A stretch of 52,305 nt of DNA, from positions 1-52,305 of the forward strand of contig CAXHAT010000026.1 of the NCBI GenBank assembly GCA_964014485.1. Direction: 5' to 3'. Below are positions 9,747 to 17,481 of the stretch, one piece after another. Below the pieces are notes generated by a model. That model ran no database searches and was not told where the DNA came from. It saw nothing but the letters and a program-made list of their open reading frames with translations. Numbering within the stretch: position 1 is the stretch's first letter; every line of letters begins with the position of its first letter. A program made the translations under genes and the position numbers. Source of the DNA: an uncultured Deferribacteres bacterium. GTDB lineage: Bacteria > Zhuqueibacterota > Zhuqueibacteria > Zhuqueibacterales > Geothermadaptataceae.

Positions 9747-10193
9747 ATGCTGCTCGGAATTTCGCCGTTAATCTCTCCCGAATTGCTCGCCTTGCTTTCT
9801 CGAATGGGGCACGGCGACGAAATAGTCCTGGCTGACGCACATTTTCCCGGCGAATCATGCGGACAAAGAATCGTGCGAGCAGACGGTTTGAAAATCCCGG
9901 CGCTTCTCGATGCGATTTTGCCGCTTTTTGTTCTAGACGCGTACGTTGAAAACCCGCTCACCATGATGGCTCCGGTGGAAGGCGACGCCCTCGATCCCGC
10001 CGTCGAAAAATCTTATCGTTCCGTTGTAGACAATCACTGGCCGGACACGCCTCCGATTCAACGCCTCGATAGATTCGAATTTTATGAGCGCGCCGCTTTG
10101 GCTTTCGCCGTTGTTATGACCGGAGAAACGGCAAAGTACGGCAATATTATTTTAACCAAAGGCGTGACGCCTGTAGCTGATCAGGTCGATTAA
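9747..10193 (+). CDS. fucU: L-fucose mutarotase (RbsD/FucU family)
   Basis: [39 protein letters not shown]. Confidence 0.92.
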   Translation: MLLGISPLISPELLALLSRMGHGDEIVLADAHFPGESCGQRIVRADGLKIPALLDAILPLFVLDAYVENPLTMMAPVEGDALDPAVEKSYRSVVDNHWPDTPPIQRLDRFEFYERAALAFAVVMTGETAKYGNIILTKGVTPVADQVD

Positions 10194-10246
10194 ATGGCGT
10201 CGATAGTCGTGTTGTTCAATGCTTCCCGCCAAAAGCTTTCCGCTAT

Positions 10247-10433
10247 TAACTGATGTTACGCGCCGCCGTAAAGAAGGAAGGAGTGCGAAGCTTGCTTTGC
10301 CTTTCGCTCTGCACGCAAGAAACAAAGCGGTTAATTCAGACCGCTGAACGAAAAATCTTGAGAAAACCAGCGGCGGAATGGCAAGGCAAGCCTTGCACTC
10401 CGTTTTCTGCATCGTCGTACACTTCATCAGTTA
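10247..10433. mobile_element. MITE family A, copy 1 (TA-flanked, TIR ACTGATGTTACGCGCC, REP-like cargo)
   Basis: TAACTGATG...CATCAGTTA ends; internal GGAGTGCGAAGCTTGCTTTGC ... GCAAGGCAAGCCTTGCACTCC; second copy at 25095-25275; lone end at 90-106. Confidence 0.75.
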
Positions 10434-12100
10434 TTCAAAAAATTTTCATCGCTACACTTCTTCTTAGCCTCGCCTGCTCAGCCGACGACACTCCCGAACT
10501 TGCCGCTTCTTGGCAAGACATTCAGGTCACCCTGACGGATTTCGAGCGCAACTATTTCAATTATTGGCAGACTTCTCGCTTGGCAGATTCGCAAGCGGTT
10601 CGTAAAGCGTTCGCAAGGCGAATGATCGAGCAGGAGATTATTGCGCGCCAACACAAGACTTCCGCCGATTACGATCCCGGAATCTATCAAAAAAGATTAG
10701 ATCGCGACCATGCGCTTTTTAGCAGACGGAGATATTTAGAAGGCGAAATTAAAGACGCATTGCCCGAAATCACCGCCCGGGAATTGTCGCAGGCCGCCGA
10801 GCGACAAAGAATCCGTTTGCGCGTCCGGCAATTGTTCGCTCGCGAGAAAACGGGCATTGAAAAACTCGCCAAACGCCTTGAAGCAGGCGAAGCGTTTGAA
10901 GCGATTGCGAGAGACGCAACGCCGGACAGTCTCATTGCCGCAAATGGCGGGGACTTGGGATGGATAGGCTGGGGAGACACGGATTTGCCGGTTGAGGATG
11001 TGATCTATTCGTTAAAGCGTGGTGAAATCTCGCCGCCGGTGCAATCGCTCATGGGCTGGCATGTTTTTCGAGTTGATTCGATTCAACGCGAGGTTGCTTT
11101 CGCAGAATTGCATCCATTGGAAAAAATTGATCTTCGCAAAAAGCTGCAAAGCCGAGAATTTGACCTTGCCGCCGCCGAACACTTGCGAAAGCTTGTTTGG
11201 CAAAAAGAGCTTGTCGTGGACATGCGCGTCATGCCGGAATTGTGGAATTACCTTGAGCAGAATCTTCCTTTGACTGCGCGTGAAGCGCTCCTCTCAAATC
11301 GTCCTAAACCTCAAGAAAAGCCTGCGGAAAGCTTGAATTCTCGAACGATTGCAACTGTCGACGGCCAGGCTTTTCTCGTCGCTGACTTTCTTGACGCCGT
11401 CCCTGATTTGCCGCGACATTTATTGCGCCCCAACTTGAAAAAAGCCGTAGAAGTCGCCGTTCGCGATAAAATTGTGACGGAAGAAGCGCATCGATTGAAC
11501 TACGACGAAGACCCTGTCGTGCAAGAAAAGCTTCGTCGAGCGTCAATCGGTTACGCCTACTACGCAGCGCTTGCAGTTCGCGGCTCCGCCGACGCAGCCA
11601 AGATAACGCCAGAAGGTTTTTATAAAAAGCATCGGCGGCGTTATGTCGATTTTACTGAAACAGAAGTTTTTGAAATTTTGGTCGCGGGACGCGAAGAGGC
11701 GCTGCGGCTTGCAAAGCAAATCCATGAAGGGATGTCGTTTTCTGAAGCGGCGAAACGTTTTTCTCAGCGTGATTCAACCAAAAATCGCGGCGGCATACTC
11801 GGGTGGGTACGCAGCGATGACGGCAAGATCGGGGAACGCGCCGCCAAGCTGGACAGCGGTCAAATCTACGCGCCAATTGAAACGGCGACGGGGTTCAGCA
11901 TTATCAAAACCGGGGCGCGGCGTATCGTTTACAAGGATTTCGAATCAGCTCAAAAACAAGTGATTATCGACATGGAGCGTGAAAAAATCTCAACTTTGCA
12001 CCAGGCGTTGCTGCCGGACAATTACGATCCGCAACAAATCATTTATTTTGACGCCAACCTCAAGAAAGCGATGAAGCTTGACCGCAAGACTGTGTTTTGA
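10253..12100 (+). CDS. Parvulin/PpiC-type peptidyl-prolyl isomerase lipoprotein (two rotamase domains); 5' end interrupted by a MITE
   Basis: NGGDLGWIGW...ISPPVQSLMGWHVF and RGGILGWV...PIETATGFSII; lipobox LSLAC; first ~60 codons of the ORF are MITE-derived. Confidence 0.8.
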   Translation: MLRAAVKKEGVRSLLCLSLCTQETKRLIQTAERKILRKPAAEWQGKPCTPFSASSYTSSVIQKIFIATLLLSLACSADDTPELAASWQDIQVTLTDFERNYFNYWQTSRLADSQAVRKAFARRMIEQEIIARQHKTSADYDPGIYQKRLDRDHALFSRRRYLEGEIKDALPEITARELSQAAERQRIRLRVRQLFAREKTGIEKLAKRLEAGEAFEAIARDATPDSLIAANGGDLGWIGWGDTDLPVEDVIYSLKRGEISPPVQSLMGWHVFRVDSIQREVAFAELHPLEKIDLRKKLQSREFDLAAAEHLRKLVWQKELVVDMRVMPELWNYLEQNLPLTAREALLSNRPKPQEKPAESLNSRTIATVDGQAFLVADFLDAVPDLPRHLLRPNLKKAVEVAVRDKIVTEEAHRLNYDEDPVVQEKLRRASIGYAYYAALAVRGSADAAKITPEGFYKKHRRRYVDFTETEVFEILVAGREEALRLAKQIHEGMSFSEAAKRFSQRDSTKNRGGILGWVRSDDGKIGERAAKLDSGQIYAPIETATGFSIIKTGARRIVYKDFESAQKQVIIDMEREKISTLHQALLPDNYDPQQIIYFDANLKKAMKLDRKTVF

Positions 12101-12113
12101 GTCACGACGTCAG

Positions 12114-13547
12114 CTATTTAGACTCTTCAATTTTGTACAAAAACTTCTGGCCGCGCAAATACAACTCGTCCCCGACGATTGCAGGAGAAGCGTCGAAGCC
12201 GTCGTCAAGCTCGTTTACCGCTAGAATTTTGAATTCCTTTCCATGCTCGAACACCAGCGTTTTTCCGCCTCGGCCGGGCAGGTAGACACGCCCGTCCGCT
12301 GCTGTTGGCGAAGCATAAATCATTTTTAAGTCGCCCAGGCGCAACGGCCCGTAATTCGGCTTGCCTGATTTCACGTCAAGGCTTGTGAGAACGCCGCGAA
12401 AATGTTTTATGAAATACAAAGAATTCTTGTACAACAGCGGCGACGCCACGTAGGGCGTGTCATGATCATAGCGCCACAGAATAGCTCCGGATTGCTCCAA
12501 GCTGCCGCGCGCCTTCTCCAACAGTACGGCCAAAAGCGCATTGCCGCGATAGCCGCTGGTGAGATAAAGCATCCTGCCTGAAGTCACAGGGCTTGGGATG
12601 GCGTTTACCGTCAATCCCGGCCCTTGCCAGAGTTCTTCGCCCGTTTCCAAATCGTAGCCCCGGACGTGTTTCGCACCAGTCGTCACAACATGTTTTTTGC
12701 CGCCGTGTTCAACCACAAGCGGCGTAAACCATGCGGTCACTTCGTCACGGCCTTGCCGCCAAAGCTCTTCCCCGGTTTCCAGGTTGAAAGCGGCGATGAA
12801 CGACTGCTCTTCATGATCCCAATTAACGACAATATTGCCGTCGTACAGCGCAGGAGACGCGCCCTCGCCCCAACCGTTCCGCGTTACCAAACTACCCAAA
12901 TCTTTTTGCCAAACGAGGTTGCCGCGCATGTCCAAAACATAAAGGCCGTTTGAGCCGAAAAAGAATACGACGCGTTCGCCGTCCGTAACTGGAGAAGCCG
13001 AGGCCCAAGTATTGGTTGGATGGACGCCTTCATGCGGTTGGGCTGCATGAAGCACATTTTGCCAAACCGTTTTCCCTGTTTTTCTGTTAACGGCGAGCGC
13101 AACAAATCGCTGCTGCTTTTCCGAAGGAACATAGCGTAATCCCTGGAAAATTGGGCGATCTTCGGCTTGCCAATCGCGCTGTCCCTGACGCGCTTCAAGT
13201 TTTTCCCCGAACGGCACGGCGGTTTGCAGGAAAATCAAGTCGTTCCAAATAATCGGCGTTGAAGCTCCTTTACCCGGGATTTCAATTTTCCAGGCGATGT
13301 TCTTCCCTTCACTCCACTCAACGGGCGGACTGCCGTGCAAAGCGACGCCGTCCATATTTGGCCCGCGCCATTGCGGCCAGTTGCGTTCGTAGTTGTCCTT
13401 AGAAGCGCTCTTGGTTTTCGAAAAAATCGCTGGTTTCACCTCTTCGGAAGGCTGAGCGGCTAAAGGCGAATTCCGACTTCCCAGGATAGTCAAAATCATC
13501 GCACAGAAAATCAAAAACGCACGTGGGAACAGCAGAGTTTTTTGCAT
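12114..13547 (-). CDS. PQQ-like beta-propeller protein (BamB-like, secreted)
   Basis: NWPQWRGP, WKIEIPGKGASTPII, ASASPVTDGE, repeated 'ETGEELW' blades; GAGG upstream of ATG 13547. Confidence 0.8.
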   Translation of the reverse strand: MQKTLLFPRAFLIFCAMILTILGSRNSPLAAQPSEEVKPAIFSKTKSASKDNYERNWPQWRGPNMDGVALHGSPPVEWSEGKNIAWKIEIPGKGASTPIIWNDLIFLQTAVPFGEKLEARQGQRDWQAEDRPIFQGLRYVPSEKQQRFVALAVNRKTGKTVWQNVLHAAQPHEGVHPTNTWASASPVTDGERVVFFFGSNGLYVLDMRGNLVWQKDLGSLVTRNGWGEGASPALYDGNIVVNWDHEEQSFIAAFNLETGEELWRQGRDEVTAWFTPLVVEHGGKKHVVTTGAKHVRGYDLETGEELWQGPGLTVNAIPSPVTSGRMLYLTSGYRGNALLAVLLEKARGSLEQSGAILWRYDHDTPYVASPLLYKNSLYFIKHFRGVLTSLDVKSGKPNYGPLRLGDLKMIYASPTAADGRVYLPGRGGKTLVFEHGKEFKILAVNELDDGFDASPAIVGDELYLRGQKFLYKIEESK

Positions 13548-13673
13548 AATAAACCTCAAAATCCATCGATTAACCAGCCGAGACCAGGTACTTTTTAGCA
13601 TCCCAACCGCGCTTGCGATTTTAGTTGAGAAGTAATTCACTCGAGAGTCAAATGCTACAGCCTTTGAGTGTGG

Positions 13674-13795
13674 TTTGCCGCGTACGGATTCATCCTTGTC
13701 CAGCAGCAACTCAAAACTTGTCGCCCGCTCCATCAAACTCCAAATTTTTATGAAAAACATCCGGCCTGTCGTGTTTTCGCAATGGGATAATCACA
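13674..13795 (-). pseudogene. Relic of the upstream region and first ~20 codons of an S8-peptidase paralog
   Basis: Inverted diverged copy of 3022-3155; 29-bp exact match (13696-13724 vs 3105-3133); MERATSFELLLDKDESVRGK vs MKHATSFELLLDNDPSARGK. Confidence 0.75.
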
Positions 13796-13972
13796 AGCGA
13801 TTCTACCTGCTGGCTGCCGTAAAGAGTGAGAGATTGTTAAAGATACTGTAGTTTCTTTGTTAGGTATTCACTGATCCGTCTCTCTGAATCGTTCAGCCTC
13901 AGATTTCTCGGACGGCGCGATCAATAAAGCGGGTTTACTTGTTAGCAGCAGGTTAAATGGGGATTTGACTTT

Positions 13973-14185
13973 TTATTGCGTCTTTTGCGCTGCGTCCTTT
14001 ATTTCCGCAATAATATCATCCAGCTTCATCTTTCCAAATAACGCATCACGTTCTTCAGTATAGTTGCCATGACCAATGGTGAATTGATTGATAAATCTTA
14101 ACGTATTTGCCAATCCAATTTCTTTGCACAGTATATGTATCGCACTCGTCGTGACCTCATTCAAAGGTTTTGCTTCGGCAATCAT
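13973..14185 (-). CDS. Putative antitoxin, small protein coupled to the PIN gene
   Basis: 70 aa; ATGA overlap with the PIN gene stop; LCKEIGLANTLRFI...GNYTEER pattern seen in partners of this PIN subfamily. Confidence 0.65.
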   Translation of the reverse strand: MIAEAKPLNEVTTSAIHILCKEIGLANTLRFINQFTIGHGNYTEERDALFGKMKLDDIIAEIKDAAQKTQ

Positions 14186-14622
14186 TTATCTATCTCCTGT
14201 ATTAACTCAAGTGGAGAAACCACTTTTATTTTAACGTCTTTTAATTTCTTCGCTTTCCTCAAAAACCTATCATCGCAGGTGCAAAAATAATCCGCATTTG
14301 CTTCTTCCGCTGACGACAAGTGTAAAGCGTCCAGGGGCTTGATTCCGACGTTATCAAATTCTTTGGCTCGTTTTTCAATGGCCGCGTTTAATTGAATGAA
14401 CTTCGTCGCCCTTGCCAAAACTTCAAATATGTATTCTTTTCGAGTCAAGTTAGGCGTCTTTTGAGCTTCAAAGACCAAAGCGTCAGAGCCAATTAGTTCG
14501 ATTTTTCCTGAATCACATAGAGAAATGACGCCCAAGATCGCTTCAGCTTCAATAGCGATACGGATTTGATCCTTATCATCTAATGGCCGTTGTAAGGCAC
14601 AATTATCAATGTATATTTTCAT
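14182..14622 (-). CDS. PIN-domain (VapC-like) ribonuclease toxin
   Basis: IYIDNCALQRPLDD, E at 'VFEA', KPLDALHL, FCTCDDRFL acidic PIN motifs. Confidence 0.85.
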   Translation of the reverse strand: MKIYIDNCALQRPLDDKDQIRIAIEAEAILGVISLCDSGKIELIGSDALVFEAQKTPNLTRKEYIFEVLARATKFIQLNAAIEKRAKEFDNVGIKPLDALHLSSAEEANADYFCTCDDRFLRKAKKLKDVKIKVVSPLELIQEIDK

Positions 14623-14675
14623 TCGGTTAATATAAGCGTCACCATGTTAAGTCGCAATCGGACTTAAAAAGCTTG

Positions 14676-15875
14676 TCAAACAAATACATTGGCGTATTGC
14701 CCGCTCTCCTTGTCCTTCAAAATCATCTTCGTTTTGCCGTCCGGCATTCTTTCCTGCTTGATAACGATTTTGCCGTCGTACTCGCTCACAACCCCGGAGA
14801 TTTTCGGCACGTCTTCCTTGCCGCGCCAGATTTCCAACTCGATTGGCTCCCATTTTCGCGTCTCGGCGGAACGATAAATCGCGTCAATAACTGCATTCAC
14901 AACATAGCCGTCGTAAAAGGTCTCCATCGGCGCGCGGTTTTCGTCCATTGCGTTGAACATATCGTCAAACATGTGAACGTAGCCAAGCTCCGCGACTTCA
15001 TCGCCGACCGGGAAAAGCCAGCCGCTTTCTTGCTCCGCTTTTTCCGCCACATAGCCGCCGCTGCCGCCGGTCGAGTACATTTCGAAGCCGGTGCGCAAAA
15101 AGTGATTGAGCCAGATCGTGCCTTCGGTTCCGGCCACTTCGTCGCGCAAATCCATGCCGCCGCGAAACGCCCAGCTCACTTCAAATTGCCCCAGCGCGCC
15201 GTTCTCAAAACGCACAAGCCCAACGCCGTGATCCTCCGCGTCGATGGGATGCACGAGCGTATCCGCCCAGCACATCGCTTCGACCGGCTTAATGTCCTTG
15301 CCGACAAAATTGCGAATGATTTCAACGCAATGGCAGCCCATGTCGATGATCGCGCCGCCGCCCGCCTGTTCCTTGTCCCAAAACCAGGCGCTATGCGGCC
15401 CGGGATGGGTTTCGCGCGAACGCACCCAGAGTATGTCGCCCAGCGCACCGCCTTGCACGGACTTTAGCGCTTTCAAGGTTTTCGGCGTATAAACTAGATC
15501 TTCAAGATAACCTGTGAAAATTCCGGCTTTTTCAACCGTTTCGAGCATCCGCTTCGCTTCCGCCGCCGTTCTGCCCAGCGGTTTTGTGCAGAGCATCGCT
15601 TTCCCGGCTTCGGCGGTTAACGTCACCGCTTCTTCGTGTAAATGGTTTGGCAAGCCAAGTATTACAACGTCCGTTTCAGGATCATTGACGGCTTCCGCCA
15701 GGTTGGTCGTAAACTTCGGAATATCCCAATCTTTCGCGAAGGCGCTTGCCCGTTCTTCCGTTTGCGAAAACACAGTGTGGACGCGGTCTCTGCGGCGCTG
15801 ACCGTGCAAAGTCATGGTGTAAAACATGCCGATCAGGCCAGTTCCAAGCATAGTGATTTTGTGAGATTTCTGCAT
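14676..15875 (-). CDS. Gfo/Idh/MocA family oxidoreductase
   Basis: LGTGLIG Rossmann motif, [21 protein letters not shown]; start set at MQKSHK. Confidence 0.88.
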   Translation of the reverse strand: MQKSHKITMLGTGLIGMFYTMTLHGQRRRDRVHTVFSQTEERASAFAKDWDIPKFTTNLAEAVNDPETDVVILGLPNHLHEEAVTLTAEAGKAMLCTKPLGRTAAEAKRMLETVEKAGIFTGYLEDLVYTPKTLKALKSVQGGALGDILWVRSRETHPGPHSAWFWDKEQAGGGAIIDMGCHCVEIIRNFVGKDIKPVEAMCWADTLVHPIDAEDHGVGLVRFENGALGQFEVSWAFRGGMDLRDEVAGTEGTIWLNHFLRTGFEMYSTGGSGGYVAEKAEQESGWLFPVGDEVAELGYVHMFDDMFNAMDENRAPMETFYDGYVVNAVIDAIYRSAETRKWEPIELEIWRGKEDVPKISGVVSEYDGKIVIKQERMPDGKTKMILKDKESGQYANVFV

Positions 15876-15951
15876 TCTTCTTCCAAATATTGAATCGTAA
15901 AAGCGATGTTTCCCGGGCGTAATTTGGGATCGTTCCCAAGCGCCCGGGATG

Positions 15952-16521
15952 TCAAAACTTAATTCTTTTAAAATCACCGCATGATTTATTCGCCTTTTTC
16001 AAATCGGCGACATAAAACAACTCGCCGTAAAAATCGGTCAGGAGCCAGGTATGGCTCGTCGAGGTGGAGAAGCCCATCGCGTCTTGGCATTCAGCGCTTA
16101 ACCCGGATTTGATGAGAAAATACGGCACGATGTTAGAGTGTGACACAATGAGAACTGTATCCGAAGGCTTGAACTTCGACTGCAACTCTTGCAGAAATTC
16201 GGAGATTTTTGATGTGTCGCTGCAAGCGCGGGTGATTTGCGGTTGCAATCCCATTTTTTGAGCGACTGGGAAAGCCGTGTGCAAAGTGCGCGTCGTGGCG
16301 CTGCTAAAAACCGCTTTGATTTGGCCTTCCTCAAAATGTGCGGCGAGGCGGTCGGCGGTTTTGAGTCCTTCCGCACTTAATGGCTGAAATTGCCCGGCCA
16401 TGCCTCCCGGCCAATTGTCCAGTTTTTCAGCGTGGCGGACGAGGTAGATTTGGGGCTGTGCAGAGAGGGAGACGATGTGAAGAGCGGCAATAAAAATCAA
16501 AGGTAAAAATAGCTTTTTCAT
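15952..16521 (-). CDS. Secreted histidine phosphatase (phosphoglycerate mutase-like)
   Basis: Signal peptide, [21 protein letters not shown]. Confidence 0.82.
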   Translation of the reverse strand: MKKLFLPLIFIAALHIVSLSAQPQIYLVRHAEKLDNWPGGMAGQFQPLSAEGLKTADRLAAHFEEGQIKAVFSSATTRTLHTAFPVAQKMGLQPQITRACSDTSKISEFLQELQSKFKPSDTVLIVSHSNIVPYFLIKSGLSAECQDAMGFSTSTSHTWLLTDFYGELFYVADLKKANKSCGDFKRIKF

Positions 16522-16553
16522 GAGTTTCTCAAAGTTTTATTCTAACGGTTCAA

Positions 16554-16642
16554 TGTCATGCTGGAAGCATCTTTTTTGACCTCAAATCTGATCGTTCCAA
16601 AAGTTCTGTACTTGCGACTAAAAAGATTCCTACAGAATGACA
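16554..16642 (+). repeat. GTCAT-type palindromic repeat, copy 1 (~90 bp)
   Basis: TGTCATGCTGGAAGCATCTTTTTTG ... AGATTCCTACAGAATGACA; other copies at 28505, 34566, 43067. Confidence 0.85.
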
Positions 16643-16664
16643 AGGCGGGATGAATAGTTGCGCT

Positions 16665-17387
16665 TTATCGTATGATCTCAAATTTCACAATTTCATCCGT
16701 GCCTAAGAACTTATCGTCCTGATGCATGTACCATTTTCGCGTTTTGGGCAAGCGGAACTTTCCGGCGGTCGCTTCGCCAGCGAGCGTAATGTATTCACCG
16801 TCATTTTTGGATTCGTCATGATAAAAACGATAGCCGACCATTGCCGAACTGGAGACGTCGAAATAAAAATACCAGGTGTCGCCGCCGACTTCCGCTTCGT
16901 AAGTCACTTTCAGCGCAAAAACATCCTTACCGTCGTATTGCGTTTTTTTGATTTCGGGATCAATGATGGTTCCGGGATCGTCCAGCTTCATCGGCAGGCC
17001 GTAAAGATAGGCGTAGTAATTCCGCATGAATTGCGCGCGATTGGGACGAATACGAAATTTCTTTTTGTCTTCTTCGGAAATGTCGGTTGAACCGTCAATC
17101 TTGACAACCGCGCTGTCGTTTTGCACGATGTATTCGATCACCCGCCCGTCATTCTTTGAAGAAGCGTGAAAAACGCTGTTGGGAAAATCGAAAACAATCG
17201 TCGTTTCGCGATTGCGGTTGTTCGGGCCGGTTTCCGCCAGAACGAGTTTGACCTTGCTCTGCAAGAAAGCCCCGTCAGGGTCGTGGTAGGCGACAGCGTT
17301 TTTTAATAATGTTGAAGGGTCCGGCGGCGTTTGCGCATTGACAAGCGCAGTGAAAAAGAATAGAATTAATGAGATCAATTTGAACAC
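16665..17387 (-). CDS. Secreted hypothetical protein (DUF6503-like)
   Basis: Signal peptide after a GTG start with SD AGGAG; YYAYLYGLPMKLDDPG, VGGDTWYFYFD, NDGEYI motifs. Confidence 0.65.
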   Translation of the reverse strand: MFKLISLILFFFTALVNAQTPPDPSTLLKNAVAYHDPDGAFLQSKVKLVLAETGPNNRNRETTIVFDFPNSVFHASSKNDGRVIEYIVQNDSAVVKIDGSTDISEEDKKKFRIRPNRAQFMRNYYAYLYGLPMKLDDPGTIIDPEIKKTQYDGKDVFALKVTYEAEVGGDTWYFYFDVSSSAMVGYRFYHDESKNDGEYITLAGEATAGKFRLPKTRKWYMHQDDKFLGTDEIVKFEIIR

Positions 17388-17481
17388 TTTGCTGTCTCCT
17401 TTTAATACTAAAGACGCGCCTGACGCGCGACCAGAATCAAGCATCTTGGATGCTTGGAAAAATAAAACGATTTTAAGCGCA

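Noticed and set aside
17461..17476. 16-bp match AATAAAACGATTTTAA with the minus strand at 35538-35553 (LacI-like operator?)
   Set aside because: AT-rich, and about one 16-mer match is expected by chance in a window this size; no regulator is nearby.
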